From Oscillospiraceae bacterium (GTDB lineage: Bacteria > Bacillota > Clostridia > Oscillospirales > Ruminococcaceae), in contig JAFQBT010000094.1 of the NCBI GenBank assembly GCA_017399625.1, forward strand, positions 6,063-70,062: 64,000 nucleotides of DNA, in the 5' to 3' direction. Below, piece by piece: positions 44,299 to 54,543 of this stretch. Under the pieces are notes generated by a model. That model was not told where the DNA came from, did not search any database, and saw nothing but the letters and a program-made list of their open reading frames with translations. A program made the translations under genes and the position numbers. Position 1 is the stretch's first letter. The number at the start of each line of letters is the position of its first letter.

Positions 44299-46722
44299 TT
44301 ACTGAATGTTGATGGTTTTCGGTTCGTGTTCAAGGTTTATTACCGGAATTTCATCTATAAAGGTTTTTTCCTTTACAGCTTCCAAAGGTCTTACCAATGC
44401 GGTTTCAAGCACCGTTTCAACCTCTTTTGCCGGAATAAAAGTGATAGCGTTTTTTACAACCGGATCAACTTCCTCAAGGTCCGGAAGGTTTTCTTCCGGA
44501 ATGAGAACGGTTTTGACTCCGGCTCTGTATGCAGCCATTGTTTTTTCCCGAAGACCGCCAATGGCAAGAACTCTGCCGCGAAGGGTGACTTCACCGGTCA
44601 TGGCAACATCCCTTCTTACCGGGATTCCGGAAAGAGCGGAAACGATCGCGGTGGTAAGAGTTACGCCTGCGGAAGGACCGTCCTTCGGAACAGCTCCTTC
44701 GGGAACATGGATATGGATATCCTTGGTTTTATAAAAATCGTGCTCTATTCCGTATTTTTCGGTGCAGGAGCGGACGTAGCTTATGGCGGTCCTTGCGGAT
44801 TCCTTCATAACGTCGCCGAGGTTGCCTGTAAGCTCGATTTTGCCGTTTCCGTCAAGAATCGCAACTTCAACCTGGAGCATATCGCCTCCGACGGAAGTCC
44901 ACGCAAGACCGTTTACAAGACCCACTGCGTCGCTTGCTTCGATTGTTTCCGGACGGAATTTTTTGACTCCGAGGAAATCGGTGATGTTGTTTCCGCTGAT
45001 GGTCACCTTTTCCGCTTCCTCGCCGACAATTTTCTTTGCGGCTTTTCTGCAAAGGCTTCCGATAATGCGCTCGAAGTTACGGACTCCCGCCTCCCTTGTG
45101 TAAAAATCCGCGATGGCATAAAGTGCATCGTCGGTGATTTTAAGGGTTTTCGAACTGAGGCCGTGGCGCTTCATTTCCTTTTTGAGAAGGTGCTTTTTGG
45201 CAATCTGGAATTTTTCTTCCCTCGTATAGGAACCGAGTTCGATAATTTCCATTCTGTCATAAAGCGGACCGGGTATGGTGCTCGGGTCGTTTGCGGTGGT
45301 GATGAAAAGAATATCGGAAAGGTCAAACGGGATTTCGATATAGTGGTCGCGGAAAGAATTGTTCTGCTCCGGGTCGAGAACCTCGAGCATTGCAGAAGCC
45401 GGGTCTCCGCGGAAATCGTTGCCCATTTTATCGATTTCATCCAGAAGGATAAGGGCGTTTTTGCTTCCGGCAAGTTTTACCGCATTCATAATGCGTCCGG
45501 GCATTGCTCCGATATAGGTTTTTCTGTGGCCGCGGATATCGGATTCATCCTTCATTCCGCCAAGAGAGATTCTGGTATATTTCCTGCCCATTGCGGCGGC
45601 GATATCCTTCGCAATGGAGGTTTTTCCGACGCCGGGAGGACCCACAAGACAGATTATCTGTCCCTTGATATCGGGCTGGAGTTTTCTTACGGCAAGAAGC
45701 TCAAGAATGCGTTCTTTTACTTTTTCAAGACCGTAATGGTTTTTATCAAGCTGTTTTTTCGCCTTTGCGATATCGATTTTCTCTTCAGTCCTGATGTTCC
45801 AGGGAAGTGCGATGCAGGTATCGAGATATCCGCGGATAACGCTTGCTTCCTGGCTGTTATAAGGCATTTTGGAAAGGCGGGAAACTTCTTCGAGAAGTTT
45901 ATCTTTTACTTCGCCTTCAACGCCGAGAGCTTCGATTTTCTTTTTATAAACCTCGACCTCGTCCTGGATGTTTTCGCCTTCGCCGAGTTCCTCGTTGATA
46001 GCTTTAAGCTGTTCGCGAAGGTAGTATTCCCGCTGGTTCTGGTCTATCTGTTCCTTTACCTTTTCATAAATATCCTTTTCGACCCCGAGGATGTTGTTTT
46101 CGTTTTCAAGAACACCCGCAAGCATTTCAAGACGTTTTACATAGTTGGATTCCTCAAGAATACGCTGTTTGTCCTCAATATCGATGTTGAGGTTTCCTGC
46201 AAGAAATTCGCCGAACTGGGCGGGGTCTTCCATGGTGAAAGCCTTCACCGCAAGTTCCTTCGGCATTTTGGGGACAAGATATGTATATTCGTTGAAAAGA
46301 TCCTTTACTGTGCGCATAAGAGCATCACAGAGGATTGAGCGTTCCGGACGGAGTTTTTTAAGCGGAAATTCCTGAGTTTCCGCAACAAGGAAAGGTTCTT
46401 CCGCAACAATGTCAACAAGTTTTGCTCTGTATTTTCCTTCAACAAGAACCCTTGTTGTTCCGCCGTTGTTTTTGAGCACCTGGCGCACTTCCGCAACAAC
46501 GCCGATTTTATTTACGTTATCGAGTTTTATCTCGTCTTCTTCAATATTAATCTGGGAAGCAAGAAAAACAGTTCTGCTTCCTTTCATCGCTTCTTCAAGG
46601 GCGGCGATGGATTTTTTTCTGCCGACATCAAAATGAAGGATCATGTTCGGAAAAAGAACGATTCCCCTCATGGCGATCATCGGCATTGTGATAATTTCTG
46701 CCGGTTGTTTTTTATCGGGCAT
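44299..46722 (-). CDS. lon: ATP-dependent Lon protease (LonA)
   Basis: 807 aa. N-terminal LON domain, AAA+ Walker A GPPGVGKTS, and protease motif PKDGPSAGVT with the catalytic Ser. Confidence 0.97.
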   Translation of the reverse strand: MPDKKQPAEIITMPMIAMRGIVLFPNMILHFDVGRKKSIAALEEAMKGSRTVFLASQINIEEDEIKLDNVNKIGVVAEVRQVLKNNGGTTRVLVEGKYRAKLVDIVAEEPFLVAETQEFPLKKLRPERSILCDALMRTVKDLFNEYTYLVPKMPKELAVKAFTMEDPAQFGEFLAGNLNIDIEDKQRILEESNYVKRLEMLAGVLENENNILGVEKDIYEKVKEQIDQNQREYYLREQLKAINEELGEGENIQDEVEVYKKKIEALGVEGEVKDKLLEEVSRLSKMPYNSQEASVIRGYLDTCIALPWNIRTEEKIDIAKAKKQLDKNHYGLEKVKERILELLAVRKLQPDIKGQIICLVGPPGVGKTSIAKDIAAAMGRKYTRISLGGMKDESDIRGHRKTYIGAMPGRIMNAVKLAGSKNALILLDEIDKMGNDFRGDPASAMLEVLDPEQNNSFRDHYIEIPFDLSDILFITTANDPSTIPGPLYDRMEIIELGSYTREEKFQIAKKHLLKKEMKRHGLSSKTLKITDDALYAIADFYTREAGVRNFERIIGSLCRKAAKKIVGEEAEKVTISGNNITDFLGVKKFRPETIEASDAVGLVNGLAWTSVGGDMLQVEVAILDGNGKIELTGNLGDVMKESARTAISYVRSCTEKYGIEHDFYKTKDIHIHVPEGAVPKDGPSAGVTLTTAIVSALSGIPVRRDVAMTGEVTLRGRVLAIGGLREKTMAAYRAGVKTVLIPEENLPDLEEVDPVVKNAITFIPAKEVETVLETALVRPLEAVKEKTFIDEIPVINLEHEPKTINIQ

Positions 46723-46795
46723 ATTTTTTCACCTCCGGTATAAAAATATCGGAAGCGGCAGGTGCAAAAAGCCTCTGCCGCTTTTTTCTCAGATT

Positions 46796-48115
46796 TTATT
46801 TTCTTTCAGCGGCCGCAATCTGGAGCGGAACGCTTTTTTTGAGCGGGTTGCGTTCAATAACCGGGTCTGCGCCTTCGGTTACGCAGCCTTCGCCGATAAC
46901 GACTGCTTCGGCGGTTTCGTCGGAAGGAAGCTCGAACATAAGCTTTCCGAGGGTTTCTTCCATAATGGAGCGAAGACCCCTTGCGCCGGTTTTTCTGTCG
47001 ATGGCCTTCTGCGCAATGGCTTCAAGAGCCGCATCGGTGAACTGAAGGCTTACGCCGTCAAGGCTGAAAAGCTTCTGATACTGCTTTACAAGGCTGTTTT
47101 TCGGCTCGGTAAGGATTCTTACGAGAGCAGGTTTATCAAGGCTTTCAAGAGCGGTGATAACCGGAAGACGGCCCACCATTTCCGGAATGATTCCGAATTT
47201 TACAAGGTCGTGGGGAGTTACCTTTTTAAGAAGGTCCTTTGCTTCCCTGGATTTCTGGCTTATTACTTTTGCTCCGAATCCCATTGCGGAACTTGCGATT
47301 CTCTTTTCGATGATGGGTTCGATTCCGTCAAAAGAACCGCCGCAGATAAACAGAATATTGGTGGTGTCTATCTGGATAAATTCCTGCTGGGGATGTTTTC
47401 TTCCGCCCTGGGGAGGAACGTTGGAAACGGTTCCCTCGAGCATCTTGAGAAGAGCCTGCTGAACTCCTTCGCCGCCGACATCCCTTGTGATGGAGGGATT
47501 TTCGGATTTTCTTGTAATTTTATCGATTTCATCGACATAGATAATTCCGCGCTGTGCGGCATCAACGTCAAAATCCGCCGCCTGGATAAGACGGAGAAGA
47601 ACGTTTTCCGCGTCCTCGCCGACATAACCCGCTTCGGTGATGGTGGTTGCGTCCGCAATTGCAAACGGAACACCGAGCACCTTTGCAAGGGTCTGGGCAA
47701 GAAGGGTTTTGCCGGTACCGGTGGGTCCAAGGAGGAGCACGTTGCTCTTCTGGAGCTCAACGTCCTCCGTATCCATCTTGCTGAGAATGCGTTTATAATG
47801 GTTATAAACAGCAACACAGAGGGTTGTTTTTGCCTCGTCCTGTCCGATAACGTATTTATCAAGAACTGCTTTGAGTTCTGCCGGTTTGAGAAGGGTTTTT
47901 GGATCGATAACCGGTTTGTTTTTTTCCTGTTTTTTGCGTCTGGTCTTTTCGATAGGGTCAAGATCATCCTCATCATAGAGGATGGAATTGCAAAGTTCGA
48001 CGCATTCATCACAAATGCAGACTCCGGGTCCGGTTATAAGTTTATAAACCATGTCCTGCGGTTTTCCGCAGAAGGAACAGCGCATTTTGTGATCATCTTT
48101 ATTGGGCATAGTCAA
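46796..48115 (-). CDS. clpX: ATP-dependent Clp protease ATP-binding subunit ClpX
   Basis: 439 aa. Zinc finger CSFCGK...CDEC, Walker [12 protein letters not shown]-like loop MGFG. Confidence 0.97.
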   Translation of the reverse strand: MTMPNKDDHKMRCSFCGKPQDMVYKLITGPGVCICDECVELCNSILYDEDDLDPIEKTRRKKQEKNKPVIDPKTLLKPAELKAVLDKYVIGQDEAKTTLCVAVYNHYKRILSKMDTEDVELQKSNVLLLGPTGTGKTLLAQTLAKVLGVPFAIADATTITEAGYVGEDAENVLLRLIQAADFDVDAAQRGIIYVDEIDKITRKSENPSITRDVGGEGVQQALLKMLEGTVSNVPPQGGRKHPQQEFIQIDTTNILFICGGSFDGIEPIIEKRIASSAMGFGAKVISQKSREAKDLLKKVTPHDLVKFGIIPEMVGRLPVITALESLDKPALVRILTEPKNSLVKQYQKLFSLDGVSLQFTDAALEAIAQKAIDRKTGARGLRSIMEETLGKLMFELPSDETAEAVVIGEGCVTEGADPVIERNPLKKSVPLQIAAAERK

Positions 48116-48137
48116 AAAGCCTCCGAATTATGCTTGA

Positions 48138-48722
48138 TTATTCTCTGTGGTCAAGAACGTTGTCAACAAGGCCGTATTCCATGGCCTGATGTGCGGTCAT
48201 AAAATTATCCCTGTCGGTATCTTTTGTGATAACGTCAAGGGGCTGGCCGGTCTGTTCGGAAAGGATTCTGTTAAGTCTTTCCTTGATTGCGATGATTCTG
48301 TCCGCGTGGATTTTGATATCAGAAGCCTGACCCTGCATTCCGCCGAGAGGCTGGTGAATCATGATTTCGCTGTTGGGAAGTGCAAAACGTTTTCCCTTTG
48401 CGCCGGAGCTGAGAAGGAATGCTCCCATGGAAGCAGCCATTCCGATGCAGATGGTGGAAACATCGCATTTGATGTAGTTCATGGTGTCATAAATTGCCAT
48501 GCCTGCGGTGATGGAACCGCCGGGGCTGTTGATATAAAGGCTTATGTCCTTATCCGGGTCCTGTCCTTCAAGATAGAGAAGCTGGGCAACAACAAGGCTT
48601 GCGGTAACGTCGTTGACTTCGTCGCAGAGCATGATGATTCTGTCGTTAAGGAGGCGGGAATAAATATCATAGGAACGCTCGCCTCTGTTGGTCTGTTCAA
48701 CGACCATCGGTACCAAACTCAT
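48138..48722 (-). CDS. clpP: ATP-dependent Clp protease proteolytic subunit ClpP
   Basis: 194 aa starting [25 protein letters not shown]. Catalytic context GMAASMG. GAAAGGAGTG RBS. The track start at 48824 is upstream of the RBS. Confidence 0.96.
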   Translation of the reverse strand: MSLVPMVVEQTNRGERSYDIYSRLLNDRIIMLCDEVNDVTASLVVAQLLYLEGQDPDKDISLYINSPGGSITAGMAIYDTMNYIKCDVSTICIGMAASMGAFLLSSGAKGKRFALPNSEIMIHQPLGGMQGQASDIKIHADRIIAIKERLNRILSEQTGQPLDVITKDTDRDNFMTAHQAMEYGLVDNVLDHRE

Positions 48723-48779
48723 TCTGGTTTCACTCCTTTCGGATAATAACGAATCCTGTAAAAAAATGTCAGTGATAGA

Positions 48780-48814
48780 TATAAAGGACCTCCGGAAATA
48801 AATTCCGGAGATCC
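48780..48814 (-). terminator. Terminator after tig
   Basis: GGATCTCCGGAA / TTCCGGAGGTCC stem (one mismatch), followed on the minus strand by TTTATAT. Confidence 0.6.
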
Positions 48815-48867
48815 TCCAATACAAAGATAATTATATTGCAGTTTCTCTGGAAACTGTTCCCGCTTTA

Positions 48868-50331
48868 TCAGTCAACGGAAGGATCGATTTCTTCAACTTT
48901 CTTTTTGCGGGTTGCTCTCTTTTTGGGAGCGGGTGCTTCTTCACCTTCTGCTGCGGGAGCTTCTTCAGCAGGAGCTTCCTCAGTTTTCTTTTTGGTGGTA
49001 CGTTTTTTCTTGGGAGCAGCTTCTTTTGCAGCAGCTTCCTCAGCGGTGATTTCGGTTACTTTTGCGTTGTCGCGAACAAATTTGATTGCTTTTTCAACGC
49101 AAAGGTCAAGAGCAAGTTCTTCTGCGGGAACGATCTTTCTGACCTGATCCTCTTTCATTTCATAACGCTCTGCAAGGGTTTTGTATTCTTCTGCCATTTC
49201 TTCTTCGGTCATCTCGATTTTTTCGAGTTTTGCGATTTCTTCAAGAGCAAGGCGGATTTTTACCTGGCGTTCTGCCTGGGGTCTGAAGCCGCCGAAGAAG
49301 GATTCTTTGTCTGCGCCGGTATATTTGAGATATTCGTCAAGGGTAAGGCCGGCGGTTCTTGCAAGTCTGTTTTCGAAATCTGCTGCGATGTCTTCCATTC
49401 TTGCTTCGTACATGCATTCGGGAATTTCTGCTTCGAAGTTTTTGAGGATTCCGTCAACAAGTTTTTCTTCAAGGTCTGCTTCGGACTGTGCGTCTGCTTT
49501 TTCCTGAAGTTTTGCTCTGATGTCGGCTTTGAGTTCATCGAGAGTATCGAATTCGCTTACGTCTTTTGCAAATTCATCATCAGCAACGGGCATTTCTTTA
49601 GCTTTGATGCTGTGGAGTTTGCATTTGAATACTACGGGAGCACCTTTGAGCTCTTCTGCGGGATAATCTTCCGGGAAAGAAACATTTACATCAAATTCAT
49701 CGCCTGCGTTGTGGCCGCAAACCTGTTCTTCAAAACCGGGGATGAACTGGCCGGAACCGAGTTCAAGCGGGAAGTGTTCGCCTTTTCCGCCTTCGAAGGG
49801 AACGCCGTCTTTGAATCCTTCGTAGTCGATTTCAGCCTGGTCACCGTTCTGTGCGGGTCTGTCTTCAACTTCGATGATTCTTGCGTTTCTTTCAAGCATA
49901 ACGGAAAGTTCGCCTTCAACCTGGGAATCGGCAACTTCGGTTACGATTTTTTCTGCTTTGATGCCTTTATATTTCTTTACGGAAACTTCGGGTTTTACGG
50001 TTACGGTTGCAGTAAGGGTATAACCTTCTTCGGAGCAGTCAACAAGTGCGATTTCTGCGCGGTCAACGGGAACGATTTTTGCTTCTGCAACAGCCATGTC
50101 GTATGCAACGCCGTAAGTTTCGTTAACAGCGTCCTGATAGAAGAATTCTCTTCCGTAGGTTTTTTCGATAAGAGCTTTGGGAGCTTTGCCTTTACGGAAG
50201 CCTTTTACTGCAAGGTTTTTGCCTTTTTCTCTGATAGCTGCGTCAACAGCGCGTCCGAATTCCTCTGCGGTTACAGCAATGGTAAGCTTAACCTCATTGG
50301 TTCCGGTTTTTTCAATCTGTCTAAGTTCCAT
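48868..50331 (-). CDS. tig: Trigger factor with a Lys/Ala/Glu/Pro-rich C-terminal tail
   Basis: 487 aa. The ribosome-binding N-terminus includes GFRKGKAP, followed by an FKBP-type PPIase domain. AGGAGGAAA RBS precedes ATG 50331. Confidence 0.95.
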   Translation of the reverse strand: MELRQIEKTGTNEVKLTIAVTAEEFGRAVDAAIREKGKNLAVKGFRKGKAPKALIEKTYGREFFYQDAVNETYGVAYDMAVAEAKIVPVDRAEIALVDCSEEGYTLTATVTVKPEVSVKKYKGIKAEKIVTEVADSQVEGELSVMLERNARIIEVEDRPAQNGDQAEIDYEGFKDGVPFEGGKGEHFPLELGSGQFIPGFEEQVCGHNAGDEFDVNVSFPEDYPAEELKGAPVVFKCKLHSIKAKEMPVADDEFAKDVSEFDTLDELKADIRAKLQEKADAQSEADLEEKLVDGILKNFEAEIPECMYEARMEDIAADFENRLARTAGLTLDEYLKYTGADKESFFGGFRPQAERQVKIRLALEEIAKLEKIEMTEEEMAEEYKTLAERYEMKEDQVRKIVPAEELALDLCVEKAIKFVRDNAKVTEITAEEAAAKEAAPKKKRTTKKKTEEAPAEEAPAAEGEEAPAPKKRATRKKKVEEIDPSVD

Positions 50332-50432
50332 TATGATGTTTCCTCCTGATAGATACATTTTCAGTAACTGTTAAAGTATATCATATACTTATCATAAAAT
50401 CAATTATTTTATATAAAAATATTATATATTTT

Positions 50433-51122
50433 TTATTTAATTTTCCAAAACTTAAATCCGAGATGGTCCGCGGAAATGAGTTTGAACTCAATTCCCATAT
50501 AATCCCCCTCATTTGCAAGGCTTCGGGATGCTCCGTGGAGATGTCCGTAAAAGACTTTTTTGACTCCGTATTCCTTGAGGACGGAGATAATGTTCGGCAC
50601 CATTTCGTTTGCATATACCGGCGGATAATGCAGAAAAACGATTTTTTCCGCATCCGGAAAACGTTCCGAATCCTTAAGAGAAAGTTCAAGCCTTGCGGCT
50701 TCCCTTGCGGAAATTTTGAGATCGTGCTGCTCATTCGGCATGAAAACCCAGCCCCTTGTTCCGCAAAGAGCGAGTCCTTCCGCAAGTACCGAATTATTAT
50801 GGAGAATTTCGATGGTGGTTATGCCGTTTTCCTTAAAAAACTTTTCAGCCTTTGCTCTGGTGCTCCACCAATAATCGTGGTTGCCCTTCATCACGATTTT
50901 TCTTCCGGGAAGCGCATCAACAAATTTGAAATCCGGCAGAGCTTCGTCAAAACCGAGTCCCCAGGAAAAATCCCCGGGAATGACAACCGTATCCTCCGGT
51001 TTTATCTGTTCTTTCCAGTTGGTTTCGATTTTTGTGACGTAATCCTTCCAGCCGAAAAAGTTATCCATGGGCTTATCCGTTCCGAATGAAAGATGAAGGT
51101 CCGCCATTACCCAGACTGACAT
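50433..51122 (-). CDS. Metallophosphoesterase (calcineurin-like)
   Basis: 229 aa. Motifs: ADLHL, GDFSW, GNHDYW, GHLH. Confidence 0.85.
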   Translation of the reverse strand: MSVWVMADLHLSFGTDKPMDNFFGWKDYVTKIETNWKEQIKPEDTVVIPGDFSWGLGFDEALPDFKFVDALPGRKIVMKGNHDYWWSTRAKAEKFFKENGITTIEILHNNSVLAEGLALCGTRGWVFMPNEQHDLKISAREAARLELSLKDSERFPDAEKIVFLHYPPVYANEMVPNIISVLKEYGVKKVFYGHLHGASRSLANEGDYMGIEFKLISADHLGFKFWKIK

Positions 51123-52615
51123 CAGCTTTCACCTCCGACGGTGCTCAGAACAAATCCGGCCATTTCTTCCCTTTCGCAGACGCAGGTGAAACGGGGTTCT
51201 TTTCCGGAAAGTTCCCGGAGCTGTTTCGGCATCGGAAGTCCGGAAAGAGCTTCAATTTTCTTTGCAGCTTCAAAATCGTCCGGTTCGTTTTCTCCGGAAA
51301 CAGATCTGAGCACGGCGCGCGGGAACTTATAGGGACTTGCGGTGGAAGCGATTATTGTTTTTGTATTGTCGCCTGTTTCGGCCTTATATTTTTCATATAC
51401 CTCAACTGCAACTGCGGTATGGGTATCGCAAAGATAGAAATATTCATCGAACAGCATTCTTATGCGGTTTTCAGCGCCTTTGTCATCGGTGAATCCGGCG
51501 GCAAATTCAGCGGAGATTTTTTCTTTTATTCCGTCCGAAACCTCGTATTTTCCGTGCTCACGGAGTTCTTTCATGAGCACCGAAACGTATTCGTCGTCCT
51601 TTCCGGAAAGCTCGAACAGCAGTCTTTCAAGGTTGCTGGAAACGAGAATATCCATTGAAGGAGATTCGGTCATATAGAATTTTCTGTTTGCATCATAGAC
51701 CCCCGTGCTCAAAAATTCCGTGAGCACGTTGTTTGCATTGGATGCACAGATGAGCTTTCCGAAGGGAACGCCCATCCGCTTTGCATAATAAGCAGCAAGG
51801 ATATTGCCGAAGTTTCCGGTTGGAACGGCAACGTTCACCGTTTCACCGTCCTCAATTTCCCCGTCAGCCACAAGATCAGCATAGGCGGAAATATAATAAA
51901 CAACCTGCGGAAGAAGCCGGCCGACATTGATTGAGTTTGCGCTGGAAAAACATTTTCCGTTTTCCGCAAGTTTTGTCCGGATATTCTCATCGGTAAAAAT
52001 GTTTTTTACCGCGGTCTGTGTGTCGTCAAAATTTCCGATAACGCCGCAGACTGCAACGTTTTTGCCCTTCTGGGTTTGCATCTGGAGCTGCTGGATTTTC
52101 GAAACGCCGTTTGCGGGATAAAAAACAATAATTTCCGTTCCGTCAACGTCGCAGAATCCTTCAAGAGCGGCTTTTCCGGTATCGCCGGAAGTTGCGGTTA
52201 GGATAACGGTTTTCTTTCCGCCGCCGATTTTTTCCGCGGCTTTTACAAGAAAATGCGGCAGAATCTGGAGCGCCATATCCTTGAATGCACAGGTAGGACC
52301 GTGCCAGAGTTCGAGCATATATGCATTTTCTCCGAGCTTCACCATCGGAGTTGGCTCGTCGTCCTCAAAATTTCCGATATATGCTTTTTCGGCGCATTCC
52401 AAAAGCTCTCCTTCGGAAAAATCGGTCATGAATTTTGCAAAAATTTTCTTTGCTCTTTCGCAGTAACCGAGCTTCGAAAGTTCGCTTATCTCCCCTTTTT
52501 CAAGAAGCGGAATTTCCACCGGCACAAAAAGACCTCCGTCCTCCGAAAGTCCCCTTGCAATCGTTTCCGCCGAATCAAGGCGCAGATTTTTATTTCTGGT
52601 GCTCTGGAATTTCAA
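51122..52615 (-). CDS. thrC: Threonine synthase (long form)
   Basis: 497 aa. PLP lysine motif GPTCAFKD, and SGDTGKA and SSANSIN segments. Confidence 0.93.
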   Translation of the reverse strand: MKFQSTRNKNLRLDSAETIARGLSEDGGLFVPVEIPLLEKGEISELSKLGYCERAKKIFAKFMTDFSEGELLECAEKAYIGNFEDDEPTPMVKLGENAYMLELWHGPTCAFKDMALQILPHFLVKAAEKIGGGKKTVILTATSGDTGKAALEGFCDVDGTEIIVFYPANGVSKIQQLQMQTQKGKNVAVCGVIGNFDDTQTAVKNIFTDENIRTKLAENGKCFSSANSINVGRLLPQVVYYISAYADLVADGEIEDGETVNVAVPTGNFGNILAAYYAKRMGVPFGKLICASNANNVLTEFLSTGVYDANRKFYMTESPSMDILVSSNLERLLFELSGKDDEYVSVLMKELREHGKYEVSDGIKEKISAEFAAGFTDDKGAENRIRMLFDEYFYLCDTHTAVAVEVYEKYKAETGDNTKTIIASTASPYKFPRAVLRSVSGENEPDDFEAAKKIEALSGLPMPKQLRELSGKEPRFTCVCEREEMAGFVLSTVGGES

Positions 52616-52627
52616 GTTTTTTTCACC

Positions 52628-53554
52628 TCAGATTCTTTCCGCAAAAAAATCGTATGCGTTTTTCCAGAATATTTTATCGGCGGTTTCTTCGCCGAATTCA
52701 TCTTTTATCAGGTTATAAAGTTTCGGGATATCGTTCATTTTTTCAATTCCTGTCACAACGTCGCATCCGTCGTAATCGCTTCCCATGCAGACGGAATTTT
52801 CACCGCCGAGCATGAGCATCCTTTCGATATGCCTGAGAATATCCGAAAGGTTCGCATTTTCCGCATAATCGTTAAGAAAAGCCTTATAAAAATTGATTCC
52901 GACTATTCCGCCGCGTCGGACGATTTCACGGAAATGCTCATCGCTGAGATTTCTGCGGTGTCCGCAGACTTCCCGAAGGTTGCTGTGGCTTGCGGCAACG
53001 GCGCAGTCAACATTTCTGAGCACGGAGTCAAGCCCCGCATCGGAAAGATGGGAAACGTCAATGACCATTCCAAGCTGCTCCATCTCTTTTATAACTTCTA
53101 TTCCGAAGGGCTTCAGACCGAAATTCTGGTCGGTGGAACCTTTTCCGATTTCATTTTCACCGTTCCATGTGAGGGTCATCATCCGTACGCCGTCGTCATA
53201 AAGCTTCTGCAGTCTTTCGATTTTTCCGCCGAGCACCCTTCCGCCTTCAACGGTCAGGATTGCGGCGGTTTTTCCGCTTCCGGTTATGCGGCCGATATCG
53301 GATGCGGTTTTTGCCTGCTCAAAAAACTGCGGAAATTCCGCAAGCTGAGCACCGAAAAAATTCTTCGACATTGTGTAATAGTTGAAAGCATCCTCGCCGG
53401 AAATAACGTCCGGACAGAAAATTGCGAAGCACTGGCAATGGCGCTTTATTTCCTCATTCCGCGGGAAGGAAATATCAAGATATCCGCAGTCAAGGCCGCA
53501 GCTCTGGTGCAGTGCTGTTGTGATCGTATCGCAATGAAGGTCAAAAAAATCCAT
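52628..53554 (-). CDS. Membrane-dipeptidase family (peptidase M19) protein
   Basis: About 308 aa. N-terminal DLHCDT, plus LTWNGEN and VIDVSHLSD motifs. The start is ambiguous (53554 or 53578) and overlaps the yraN end. Confidence 0.8.
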   Translation of the reverse strand: MDFFDLHCDTITTALHQSCGLDCGYLDISFPRNEEIKRHCQCFAIFCPDVISGEDAFNYYTMSKNFFGAQLAEFPQFFEQAKTASDIGRITGSGKTAAILTVEGGRVLGGKIERLQKLYDDGVRMMTLTWNGENEIGKGSTDQNFGLKPFGIEVIKEMEQLGMVIDVSHLSDAGLDSVLRNVDCAVAASHSNLREVCGHRRNLSDEHFREIVRRGGIVGINFYKAFLNDYAENANLSDILRHIERMLMLGGENSVCMGSDYDGCDVVTGIEKMNDIPKLYNLIKDEFGEETADKIFWKNAYDFFAERI

Positions 53555-53930
53555 GAACAGACTCCGTTCCGAAGGCATTTTTTATATGGGTGAACTTTTT
53601 CACCTCAAGGTCATATTTTCCGTAAATAATTTCAAAGATATCGAAGCGAGGCTGACCGTTAAGCCCTTTCTGAATCTTGTAAAGCATTGCAGCTTTACAG
53701 ATTTTCTGCTGTTTTGAACGGGTCACAGCCTGCCGCGGAGCATACATACAGTCGTCCGCACGGGATTTTACTTCGATAAAAGCTATGTATCTTCCGTCCT
53801 TTGCAACAATATCGATTTCGCCAAGGCGGGTGTTAAAATTCCGTTCAATAATCTCGTAACCTTTATCCTCAAGATATTTTGCGGCAAAATCTTCACCCAT
53901 ATCGCCGCGGCGGCGTTTTTCGGTAATCAA
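53541..53930 (-). CDS. yraN: YraN-family (UPF0102) endonuclease-like protein
   Basis: 129 aa. GEDFAAKYLEDKGYEIIERNF..RLGEIDIVAKDG...FIEVK core. GAGGGTG RBS 5 nt before TTG 53930. The track start at 54044 is inside rnhB. Confidence 0.85.
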   Translation of the reverse strand: MITEKRRRGDMGEDFAAKYLEDKGYEIIERNFNTRLGEIDIVAKDGRYIAFIEVKSRADDCMYAPRQAVTRSKQQKICKAAMLYKIQKGLNGQPRFDIFEIIYGKYDLEVKKFTHIKNAFGTESVHGFF

Positions 53931-53940
53931 AAAATCACCC

Positions 53941-54543
53941 TCAGTGCATCTTTTTAAGAAAAGTAAGGCGGTGTATTTCGCTTGGACCAAACTCCCGGAT
54001 TTTTTCATAATGGAGCTTTGTTCCATAGCCTTTGTGTTTTGCAAAGCAGTATTCCGGATATTTTTTATCCATTTCGAGCATGAATCTGTCCCTGCTCACC
54101 TTTGCAAGAATCGAAGCCGCCGCAATACTTGCGGAAGTTGCGTCGCCTTTTATCACAAATTCCGTCGGAATTTCCATATTCTTCGGAACACGGTTTCCGT
54201 CGATAAAAACGCGCTCCGGTATGATGCTCAGATTTTCAACAGCCGTTTTCATGGCGAGCATGGTTGCTTCAAGAATATTGATTTCATCAATGGTTTTATG
54301 GTCAACCGACTGTATCGAATACGCAAGAGCGTGCTCGATTATCTCGTCAAAAAGCAAATCGCGCTTTTTTTCCGAAAGCTTTTTGCTGTCGTTGAGCCCT
54401 TCGATTTCAAAATCTTCCGGAAGAATAACTGCCGCAGCAAAAACCGGACCCGCAAGGGGTCCTCTTCCGGCTTCGTCAACTCCACAGATATATTTTATTC
54501 CGAGTTCCGCGCGCTTTGCGTGCTCAAATTCATATAAGCTCAT
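53941..54543 (-). CDS. rnhB: Ribonuclease HII
   Basis: 200 aa. Motifs: GVDEAGRGPLAGPV, DSKKLS, ASILAK. Confidence 0.95.
   Translation of the reverse strand: MSLYEFEHAKRAELGIKYICGVDEAGRGPLAGPVFAAAVILPEDFEIEGLNDSKKLSEKKRDLLFDEIIEHALAYSIQSVDHKTIDEINILEATMLAMKTAVENLSIIPERVFIDGNRVPKNMEIPTEFVIKGDATSASIAAASILAKVSRDRFMLEMDKKYPEYCFAKHKGYGTKLHYEKIREFGPSEIHRLTFLKKMH

Noticed and set aside
43327-46338. A 1003-aa open reading frame on the plus strand spanning the nudix gene, engB and most of lon in antisense.
   Set aside because: It lies in the codon-aligned antisense frame: all three minus-strand genes share the same phase (coordinates congruent to 1 mod 3). In that frame, stops can arise only opposite sense codons TTA, CTA and TCA, which these genes avoid. 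The translation is Phe/Lys/Asn/Gly-rich low-complexity text with no motifs. The sense strand encodes unmistakable Lon, EngB and Nudix proteins with RBSs and terminators.
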